DNA from: Mesoplasma florum L1
Lineage (GTDB): Bacteria > Bacillota_I > Bacilli_A > Mycoplasmatales > Mycoplasmataceae
Length of the DNA: 32,000 nt
Assembly: GCF_000008305.1 (NCBI RefSeq)
Contig: NC_006055.1
Coordinates: 390,001 to 422,000 of the forward strand
Direction of reading: 5' to 3'
This document shows, one piece after another, positions 10,754 to 20,187 of this stretch. How positions within the stretch are numbered: position 1 is the stretch's first letter; each line of letters starts with the position of its first letter. The notes beneath the pieces are model-generated. The model was not told the origin of the DNA, made no database searches, and saw only the letters and a program-made list of their open reading frames with translations. The position numbers and the translations under genes were made by a program.

Positions 10754-11200
10754 ATGTTTTGAAGTATTTTATATTTTATATCATTAACGCCTTGTATTAT
10801 AGGTTTAATACAAATACATAATTTAGAGATTAAAAAAGAAAGCAACGATTATAATGATCATGATGAAATTAAAATTTATATTGTTTTAGTTTCTATTTTG
10901 GATCTTTTCATAACTTTTTGACTAATTTTAAATTTAGCTTTACTGATGGTTATTGTTTTAGATAGTAATTCAAAACCACCAAGTCCTGGATTTTATTATT
11001 CAATAATTTTTAAATTTTTAAATATCCTATTTATTTCAATTAGTAAAACATTTAAAAATAAATTTGACAATCAAAGCTTATTTAATCAAAAAAACAGAAA
11101 AATAATCTTTAATTTATTATTTCTATTACCTTTAGTCAACGTTATTTGATTATTTATTATACTTGTACCAATAATAAAAGAAGAAGGAATAAGAAAATAA
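10754..11200 (+). CDS. Hypothetical membrane protein; possibly the 3' part of a gene disrupted by an in-frame TAA at 10721
   Basis: Track ORF 10946..11149 extends in frame upstream to the ATG at 10754 and downstream through TGA to TAA at 11198-11200. The same frame is also open from an SD-associated ATG at 10631 and is interrupted only by TAA at 10721-10723. Confidence 0.5.
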
Positions 11201-11211
11201 CTGTTTATATT

Positions 11212-11245
11212 AAAAAAACTCATTTTAAATGAGTTTTATTTTTTA
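11212..11245. terminator. Bidirectional intrinsic terminator
   Basis: Stem aaaactcatt (11215-11224) pairs with aatgagtttt (11228-11237). It is flanked by an A-run and a T-run and lies between convergent genes. Confidence 0.75.
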
Positions 11246-11277
11246 ATTATTAATTACTTGCTCTTAGATTTTGTACT

Positions 11278-14200
11278 TTATACATTATCTTGTAATTTAC
11301 CAAAACTTTCATCAAATCATTTACTATATGATCACCTATATCACATAATTTTTGGTTCTGTTCCACCATAAGTATCTGGTATCATACCTTCAAATGCATC
11401 AAAAAGAATTGATCATGTCATTAATCCTCTAATCTTAATTCCATCAGAATTTAATAAATTGTAAGCTTTATTGAAAGCTTCTTTTGAACCTGCTCCTCTT
11501 CCAGCTGGTTCATTTGTTGAAGCACCAATAATGAATTTATCTGCTGGTATTTGATAAAAACCATTTTGATTATTAGGCTTTGAAGTAATATATTTTGACA
11601 TTAAATAATAAAATTCACCACGCTTGTCAACATTATCATTTGTAATATATGTATTTTGTTGAACACCTGTTTTTTTAGCATCTTCACTTGTTTCTACTAG
11701 AACACCATCCCCTCAACCATTATAAAATTGGGGATTTATTCAGTCATAATAACCATCAAGACCATCTAAAAATTCTTTATAGTTACCATCAGCTTCTTTG
11801 ATTTTTCTAAGGTAAGGAAATTCAGGGGCCATAGTTATAATAAAATCTTTTCCTTCAGATTTATACTCATCTTTTAATTCTTTAAGAGCTTCAGCTGTTA
11901 CATTTTTACTTTCTGAACTTTTTAAAGATTCAGATTCTCAATCTATGTCTAATCCATCAAAACCATATTCGTTAATTACACTTTTAATTGCTGTTTTTAA
12001 TTGATCTTTTTGATCATTTCTAAATTTCATATGTTCAGCAGTAGCTCCTCCCATTGATATAAGTACTCTTTTACCTTGAGATTGTAATGCTTTAACTCCT
12101 TCTTTTATTGCGGCAGGATTATTAGGACTATAAGTTGGCATTTGATATTCTACAGTAGAATATAAAAATGATAAATTAATAACATTATAAGAAGAAGTTA
12201 ATAAATCTTTATCATTTAATGCAATTTTATTTTCAAAATTTCCTCCTCAATCATAATGATACCCAACTAGGGTTTTTACTTCATATTGAACTTGTACACT
12301 ACCTTTATATTTGGCTAAATTATTAGATTGAATCGTTGCTACTTCATTTGTTTTATTAATTACTTTTAAATCTTTTTCTTGAATTGTTGTATTTGGGTTA
12401 AATTTTAAAATGTTTCTAATTATTCCTGAATCTAAATTATCAGATATACCTTTTAAATTTCTTTCTTTTATTAAAGTGCTTAAATCAACTGCATTCGATG
12501 TATCTATAATATATTCTATTTTAACTGAACCACTATATTTTGTTGGATCAGTTGATTTAACCAAGGCGTTTGATATAGTAATTGATTGTGAATCAATCCC
12601 TATTGCATTAATATCTATATTTGGATTTTTTGATTTAATAACTTGTTTGATTGTATTTTCATCAGTTGAGCTTAATGTTCCTAAATTAGTTTGTTTTAAT
12701 ACAGAAGAAAGAGGAACAGCTTTTGAAGTATCAAGTTTAAAAGTTATGTTTACACTTCCTTTATATTTGCTTGGACTATTTGATGTAACTATTGCTGATG
12801 TTTCAGTTATATTGTTAATATCTACGTAATTAACTTCTAAATTAGAATTCAATTTTGATAATTGACTTTTAATAGTTATTTCATCTAATTTATTTAAAGT
12901 ACCTAAATTTGTATTTGTAATTACTGATGCTAAATCAATAGCTAAAAGATTTTCATCTACTTCAAAAGTTAAATCAAGATAACCTTCTTTAGGATTGATA
13001 TAAACATTTTCATTAGTTGAAGTAACTCTAGCTCAACCTCAACCACTTGAAGAATTAAAACCAGCATCATATATTCTTACATAATTAGAATTTAACTTAG
13101 AATTATCTTTTACTAAAGCATTTAATATTAAATCAGGATCTGCATTTGGTAAAACAGTTGTAATGTTTTTATTAGTTATAACATTTGTTAAATTAGTTTT
13201 TTCTGGTTTTGTTCCATTGATAGTAAATGTTACATTTACAGAACCTGTATATCTTCCAGAAGCTGATGAATTAACTCTTGCTGATGTTTGAGTTATATAA
13301 TCAATTGAAATATCAGAAGCTAATAAATTTGAGTTTTTTGCTAAAATACTTGCTTGAATTGTTGAAGCATTATTATCTTGTAAACTACCTAAATTAGTAT
13401 TAACTAAAACTGAACTTAAATTTTGTTTAACAACTTGAATAGTAAATGAAACATATACAGAACCTGTATATCTTCCAGAAGCTGATGAATTAACTCTTGC
13501 TGATGTTTGAGTTATATAATCAATTGAAATATCAGAAGCTAATAAATTTGAGTTTTTTGCTAAAATACTTGCTTGAATTGTTGAAGCATTATTATCTTGT
13601 AGATTACCTAAATTAGTATTAATTAAAACTGAACTTAAATTTTGTTTAACAACTTGAATAGTAAATGTTACATTTACAGAACCTGTATATCTTCCAGAAG
13701 CTGATGAATTAACTCTTGCTGATGTTTGAGTTATATAATCAATTGAAATATCAGAAGCTAATAAATTTGAGTTTTTTGCTAAAATACTTGCTTGAATTGT
13801 TGAAGCATTATTATCTTGTAGATTACCTAAATTAGTATTAATTAAAACTGAACTTAAATTTTGTTTAACAACTTGAATAGTAAATGTTACATTTACAGAA
13901 CCTGTATATCTTCCAGAAGCTGATGAATTAACTCTTGCTGATGTTTGAGTTATAGAAGTGATATTAATATCTTTTGTTGTTAATTTAGGATTTAATTTAA
14001 TGACTGCTTGTTGAATTGTTAGCACGTTGTTATCAGATAAAATACCTAAATCTTTTTTAGTAATTACACTACTTAAATTTGGTTTTATTGTTTGTAATGT
14101 AAAAACAACTGTGAGTGAACCATTATATATAAAATCATTACCTATTATTAATGCTGATGTTGAATCTATTTCTGTGATTTCAAAACCATTAATGTTAATA

Positions 14201-14604
14201 TCTGGATTTTTTGATAAGATTGCATTTCTAATCGTACTTTCTGATTTATTACTTATTGTACCCAGATCAGTATTTATGATATTGTCTTCTAAAGCTGGAA
14301 CAATGTAAAAAGAAACTGTAATTTCACCATTATATTTATCTTGACCAATTAAAGTTGCTTTTCCTGAACTTTCACTTGTACTAATATTAGTTATTTCAAA
14401 ATCTGATGTAACTAACTTTGGATTATTTAATAAAACAGCTTGTCTTATTTCATATTCTGTTGGTTTATTTATAATTCCTAAACTCTTTTTTTCAATGACT
14501 ATTGCAATATTAATTTTTTTAGTATTAGTGCTACATGATACAGCTAAAATTGTTGTTGGAACTGTCAATGATATCGTGCCTAATAAACCTAATAATTTTT
14601 TCAA
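11278..14604 (-). CDS. Large modular surface lipoprotein with a C-terminal GH18 (chitinase / endo-beta-N-acetylglucosaminidase family) domain
   Basis: Track ORFs 13039..14619, 12247..12852, 11938..12141 and 11413..11601 all share one frame. I checked codon by codon that 12853-13038, 12142-12246 and 11602-11760 contain only TGA stops. The signal/lipobox is MKKLLGLLGTISLTVPTTILAVSC from a TTG at 14604, 8 nt after AGGA; the alternative start is GTG at 14619. GH18 motifs present are ISMGGA, YGFDGLDIDWE and NPQFYN. The stop is TAA at 11278-11280. Confidence 0.85.
13216..13955. repeat. About 3.4 copies of a 219-bp (73-codon) in-frame tandem repeat inside the lipoprotein gene
   Basis: The string gaacctgtatatcttccagaagctgatgaatt recurs at 13241, 13460, 13679 and 13898. 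Units 13460-13678 and 13679-13897 read identically. Unit 13241-13459 differs at only a few positions. Confidence 0.95.
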
Positions 14605-14782
14605 AACATTTTTCCTCACTATTTATTTACAAAATCATTATAAGTTATATAAAATTGTTAATAAATAAAAGATAAGTGTGATATGTAAGTTTATTTTTGA
14701 GTAAATTTAAAAAGTAATTTTATAAGTGTTTAAAAAATAAAGTTAAAATTAAAATTGCACATTTTTTTAATAATTTAAAATA

Positions 14783-14822
14783 AAAAATATGCTTTGGCTC
14801 GAAAGACCAAAACATATTTTTA
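14783..14822 (-). terminator. Intrinsic terminator downstream of the yneF-like gene
   Basis: On the minus strand, AUAUGUUUUGGU pairs with GCCAAAGCAUAU (two G-U pairs) and a U-run follows. On the plus strand the wobble pairs become mismatches, so the terminator looks unidirectional. Confidence 0.6.
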
Positions 14823-14836
14823 ATTATATTTTTTAA

Positions 14837-15088
14837 TTATTTTTTAGCTTGTTGCATTGCACGCATTGTTTTTTTAATATCTGATTCACTTGGTTTTCTT
14901 CCCATGCTCATGTACATTGCGCGAATTTGTTTTTCTGTAACAGGTGGGTTGTCTTTTAATTGTTTTTTAACCATTGCTCTAGTAATGAAAAAACCAATAA
15001 TTGCTCCTAAGATAATTGCTCCTAAGATAACTCCGATTAGCATTCCTGCTAATCCTCCTGCTGAAAATTCTGTTGTTAATAATACCAT
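14837..15088 (-). CDS. yneF: UPF0154 (YneF) family small membrane protein
   Basis: The 83-aa ORF has a Gly/Ile-rich N-terminal TM helix. The following segment, PPVTEKQIRAMYMSMGRKPSESDIKKTM, is characteristic of YneF-family proteins. Confidence 0.8.
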   Translation of the reverse strand: MVLLTTEFSAGGLAGMLIGVILGAIILGAIIGFFITRAMVKKQLKDNPPVTEKQIRAMYMSMGRKPSESDIKKTMRAMQQAKK

Positions 15089-15123
15089 AATTTCACTCTA
15101 TTCTATTTTTTCTTAATTTTAAA

Positions 15124-17091
15124 TTATTTTATAACCTTTTTAATTTTATTAAAAATTTGCTCACTTGTAAATCCATATTGACTAATTACTGTATTAGCTG
15201 GTGCACTTGCTCCAAAAACATCAATTCCAATGTTTAATCCATTGTCACCTGTATATTTGCTTCATCCATAAGTTGTTCCCATTTCAATTGAAACTCTTAA
15301 AGTTGATTTATCAATAATTTTATCTTTATATGATTGATCTTGTTGATCAAATAAGTTTGTTGAAGGCATTGAAACTACTTTTGCAATGATGTTATCTTCT
15401 TTTAGTCTTTTAGCTGTTTCTATCGCTAAACCAACTTCACTACCTGTTGCTATTAAAGTTACTGAAGCATTAGGTTGATCAAAAATAATATATGCTCCTT
15501 TTTTAACTTCTTCATAAACATCATTATGTGGTAATTGAACTAAGTCTTGTCTAGTTAAAACTAAAGTAGAAGGACATTTTTTTAAGTCTTGTAAAGCTAT
15601 TTTATAAGATGCTAATGTTTCAGCATAATCAGCTGGTCTAAATGTAATGTGATTTGGAATACTTCTAATCATTGCTAATTGCTCTATTGGTTGATGAGTT
15701 GGTCCATCTTCTCCAACAGCAACTGAATCATGAGTAAATATAAACAATTGTTGTGTATTCATAATTGATGATAAACGCATTGCTGGTTTCATGTAATCTG
15801 AGAATACAAAGAATCCACTTGAGAATGGAATTAAACCACCATGTTGATGAATACCATTATTTATAGCTCCCATAGCAAATTCTCTAACACCATAAAGAAT
15901 ATTTCTTCCACTTCTGTTATCAATATCAAATTGACCATCAGCACCTTTAATTCTTGTTGATGAAACTAAATCAGCTGAACCACCAATTAAAAATTTAACT
16001 TGAGAATTTATGCTATCTCAAATGTTTCCTGAACTAACTCTAGTAGCTTCTGCTTTTTCTGGAGTTTTACCTTTTAATGCTTCAAAATCAAAATTAATTT
16101 CTTTGTTAATAGCATCTGTAAATTGTTTTGCTAATTCTGGATTTTTAGTTTTTAAAGTATTTAATGTTTCGTTTCATTTTTTTTCAATTATTAAATTTTT
16201 TGAAATATTTTCATTTCAATGTTTATAAATATCAGTTGGTATTTCAAAATCATCAAATTTTCAATCAAAAACGTTTTTAACTGTTTCGATATCTGAACCA
16301 ATTGGGGCACCGTGTACTGCACTAGTCCCTTGTTTTGTGGCCCCTATACCAATAATTGTTTTAACTTCAATATATGTAGGTTTATCTGATACTTTGGCAT
16401 CATTAATAGCTTTTTCAATAGCTACTAAATCTTCACCATCATTAATTTTTAAAGTATTTCATTGAGCAGCTTTAAATCTTTCGTGCATATTTTCACTTTG
16501 AGCTTTTTCAACTTTGTCATCTAATTGAATATCATTTGAGTCGTGAATTAAAATTAATTTGTTTAATTTTAATCTACCAGCTAAACTAATTGATTCTTGA
16601 GCTACACCTTCTTGTAAATCTCCATCACCACATAAAACAAATGTATGGTGATCAACTAATTTTAAATCTGATTGATTATATACTGATGCTGTATGAGATT
16701 CAGCAATTGCCAATCCAACAGCCATAGCAATTCCTTGACCTAAAGGTCCAGTTGTTACATCAACCCCTTCAGTTAAGTGAGATTCAGGGTGACCTGGTGT
16801 TTTACTATTTCATTGTCTAAAGTTTTTAATTTCATCCATTGATAAATTATAACCAGCTAAATGTAATGCTGAATATAATAAAGCACTTCCATGCCCTGCT
16901 GATAATACAAAACGATCTCTATCAAATCACTTAGGATTTTTAGGATTGTGTTTCATAATTTTGTTAAATAAAGTATAAACGATTGGTGCAGCGCCTAATA
17001 CAATACCTGGGTGACCTGAATTTGCTTTATTAATTGCAGAAACTCCTAAAATTCTTAAAGCATTTAAATTGTTGTTATTTTTGTTTATCAT
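15124..17091 (-). CDS. tkt: Transketolase
   Basis: ATG at 17091 is preceded by GGAGATAAAT. The N-terminus has [14 protein letters not shown]...[18 protein letters not shown], and the ThDP motif is GDGDLQEGV. Track ORFs 16459..16725 and 15262..15873 are in frame. The stop is TAA at 15124-15126 (655 aa). Confidence 0.96.
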
Positions 17092-17329
17092 ATTTATCTC
17101 CTTCATTCTTTAGTTTGCTTGGTGTTACATCATTTCCTTGTGCATCTATTACTTTTGTACTTTTTAATTGTTGTTCAAAACCATTTCTAAAGTAATTCAA
17201 GTATAGAACTTTTAATTCTTCTCTATATGCACTTTCTTCTGATGTCAGTTCACGATCCTTTTTGATTTTTGCCAAACGATTTATTTCTTGAATAACTTCT
17301 GGCATTGACATTTCTTTTGATTGACTCAT
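17075..17329 (-). CDS. UPF0291 / DUF896 family protein (YnzC-like)
   Basis: The 84-aa ORF resembles DUF896 proteins (INRLAKIKKDRELTSEESAYREELKVLYLNYFRNGFEQQLKSTKVIDAQGNDVTPSKLK). It overlaps the tkt start by 17 nt. Confidence 0.75.
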   Translation of the reverse strand: MSQSKEMSMPEVIQEINRLAKIKKDRELTSEESAYREELKVLYLNYFRNGFEQQLKSTKVIDAQGNDVTPSKLKNEGDKYDKQK

Positions 17330-17357
17330 TTTAATACCCCTTTAAACTTATTTTATA

Positions 17358-18455
17358 CTAAACTAATGGTTTTCTTAATGTTGTTTCAACTTCAACATTA
17401 CTTGTAGGAATATTTATTGTTACTTTCATTGGATTTTTAACTTTAAAGTTAAATCAACCTAACCCTGAAATAGATATTTCAAATTCTTTGTTTATATCTT
17501 TTTCATTAAATATAAACTCTCTTTTAACAAAGTTATTGTCTAAATTATATGGAACAATATTTTCTTTATTTCTTGTGTAATAATCAAATGCGTTTTTTGT
17601 ATTAGTTCTATGTAATTTGATTTCTTTGTTATTGAAGAAATGAAAACTGTTAATTTCATCACTTTCTCATTCAAAATCAACTCAAGCAATACCTGCATAA
17701 AAGATTGAATTAAATGGCTTTAATTGAAAAGTATTTTGTGCAACTTCTTTATTGAAGTAAATATATTTTCAATCTTCTTTATCTAATAAATTAGCTGCAG
17801 AATTGCTTCTAGCGATTCCTGGTGTATCAAATATAATATCATCACTTGATAATTTAATTTGAATGAAGTCTAATGTTGTATTAAAGTATTTAGATTCAAC
17901 TATTTGAGGTATTAAGTTATTAGTTCTTAAAAGTGAATTAATAATTGAAGATTTACCAACATTAGAGCTCCCAATGAAATATTTTTTAGTTTTAGTTTTC
18001 TTAATTTTATTTAACAAACTATTTGTAAAATTATTTTTAAAACTTGTGTTTAAAATAATATTTGCATCGTATATAGCACTTTTTGCAAATAGATCAGTTA
18101 TATATCTTCTTATTTTTGCTAGTTTTACAGCTTTAGGGAGTAAATCTATTTTATTAACTACAATTGTAACTGGGTATCTTTTAATAGCTTCTTCAATTTC
18201 TTTAACTCTACTTCCTTCTAAATCAAAAATATCGATTATATAAAAGAATTCTATATCTTTTGGTTTATCATTTTGAATTAAAGTTTTTAATTTTAAAATA
18301 AATTGCTCAGCATTTATTTCTTGATTAATTAATTCATTATAGTTTTTAATTTTAAAACATCTTAAACAATATTCATTTTCTGGTTTAATGACATAACCAG
18401 GTTTATTTTGATCTTTATTTTGTTTTAAAATTCCACAACCTATACACTTGCTCAT
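17358..18455 (-). CDS. yqeH: Ribosome-biogenesis GTPase YqeH (circularly permuted GTPase)
   Basis: The N-terminal zinc knuckle is CIGCG...CLRCF. The G motifs are in permuted order: NKIDLL (G4) precedes GSSNVGKSS (G1) and DTPG (G3). Track ORF 17769..18455 continues through TGA codons to TAG at 17358-17360 (365 aa). Confidence 0.88.
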
Positions 18456-19351
18456 GTTTCCCCCATTTGTTTGTTCATAATATAACTTAAGAACTTTATT
18501 AAAACTAATATTTTTAATACATCATCATAACAATGTGATCTAGCTTCTTTTAAACTTTTAGATAGTTTATTGTGTTCATATTGTGAAACATTTTCTAAAC
18601 TAAATAGTTTTAAAGCTCTACTACATAAGAATGTTATATTATCATCTTTAAAATTATATTTATTATGTAGATCTTCTGTGTAGTCGAAGAATTTTTTTAA
18701 ACTTCTTATTTTAATAGAATCATCTACATCACCCTTTTTAAGGTTTTGTTCATTATAAAATTTTTCCCCATTTTTTGAATAATTAGAAAAACTTAAATTT
18801 TGTTCTAACGCATCATATATATCAAAACTATTTAACTTATAGCTTTTTGTATCTTTATTGAAAATAAATAAATCAGTTTTTTTATTCTTAAATAAAGCTT
18901 TATATGTATTAATTCATTGTTCGATTATTTTTTTATCATTATCTTGTCCTGCAAAAATAATTGTTCTAATGTTTTTGTTAACACACATATTAATAAAACA
19001 TTTAATCATTGACTGATATTGATTTTTAAAATTATATTTATCATCATTGATTTTTCTTTTAATTGATAAACTGTTTATTGATTTATGATTGTTTCTTGTT
19101 AAAACTTCATTGAAATTCTTAGCAAATGAATAGTTCATTAAATAAACTATATCTTTTTCTTCTTCACTATATAATTTAGGTTTTATGTTTTCAAAGTCAT
19201 GACTACGATTAAAAAATTCTGTATCTAATATTAGAACCGGAAATTTAATTTCTTTTAATTTATTTTGTAAACCTTCAAAATTAAAATGAATTGATTGGTA
19301 TTTATTCAGTTTTATTGAATTATCTTTAATTTCCAAATTTTTATACTTCAT
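18440..19351 (-). CDS. Hypothetical protein; weak DEDD-type 3'-5' exonuclease-like motifs
   Basis: ATG at 19351 (MKYKNLEIK) is preceded by AAAAGGAAAAGAAGAG. Track ORF 18914..19384 continues through TGA codons to TAA at 18440-18442 and overlaps the yqeH start by 16 nt. Candidate motifs are LILDTEFF (DxE), FAGQDNDKKII and SHCYDDV. Confidence 0.55.
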
Positions 19352-19453
19352 AGTTCTCTTCTTTTCCTTTTTATATTTTAACAAATTAATATATTATTTC
19401 ATTGTTGTATAATCTTATTTATAGGTTATAAACACTAAATGGAGGTATTTTTA

Positions 19454-20158
19454 ATGATATTAAGTAAATTAACTAGTAACATTTTAATTAATGAATTAAT
19501 TGATGATATAAATTCTTGCATTAAAAATATGAATTTAGTTGAGGAATTGAACCAAAGTAAAGATTATAATTTCAATAATTTGCATGAGATTTATAATAAT
19601 AAATTAATAGAATTATTTGAATTAGATAACAATCTTTCTTCTATAAATATTTTTATAGAAGATTTTACTCAGCAGGTAAGTAAGATGTTAATTGATGAAA
19701 AGCAAACATTTAAATTAAATGATTCAAAAGAACAAGAAAATAAAAAAAGAGTTTTTGAATTCATTATTTTCATTCAAAATAAACTTTTAAATTATAAAAA
19801 AATAATTATATCTTTAAACTGAATTCTAGAAAAAATGGGTAATGCCATTGAAATAAATGAAAATAATAAGAATGAGTTTGATTCATTAGTTGATTTTAAT
19901 ATTGAAAGAAGATTTAAAAAAATAAGAGAAGATATTGAATTAAGTTCAAATTTATTAGATTCTCAAAATCTATTTATCAATGAATTTGAAAAATTGAATT
20001 TAAATGATAAAAAGGAAATACTAGAAAAATTATTAAACTCAATCAATTTTGATTCCATTTTAGAAATGCATGATATTGACGAAATTATTAGAATATCACA
20101 AATGTCTACTTCAATAAATTTTTTAATTAAGTTTATTGAAGTTATTAATAAAATATAA
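19454..20158 (+). CDS. Hypothetical acidic, probably all-helical protein (234 aa)
   Basis: GGAGG lies 8 nt upstream of the ATG at 19454. Track ORFs 19439..19822 and 19835..20158 share a frame and are joined by a single TGA (19820-19822). The protein has no signal peptide or TM segment. Confidence 0.6.
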
Positions 20159-20161
20159 AAT

Positions 20162-20187
20162 AAAAAACACTTTTAAAAGTGTTTTTT
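20162..20187. terminator. Bidirectional intrinsic terminator
   Basis: The perfect palindrome aaaaaacactttt / aaaagtgtttttt lies between convergent genes. Confidence 0.8.

Noticed and set aside
12410-12829. Plus-strand 139-aa ORF (and the similar 14027..14308 ORF) inside the lipoprotein locus
   Set aside because: These ORFs are antisense to a long, motif-bearing, repeat-structured minus-strand gene. They have no SD and give a low-complexity hydrophobic translation typical of shadow ORFs in AT-rich DNA.
13216-13955. Regular 219-bp repeats considered as a possible CRISPR-like array
   Set aside because: The units are contiguous with no unique spacers and are far longer than CRISPR repeats. They are in frame within a coding sequence, and no cas genes are present.
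14668-14735. Recurring ATAAGTGT / GTAAGTGTGATAT strings (also at about 10575-10590) as a possible regulator binding motif
   Set aside because: There are only two or three short AT-rich occurrences in different strand contexts. At 10578 the string is more simply read as an extended -10 element. The evidence is insufficient for a regulatory site.
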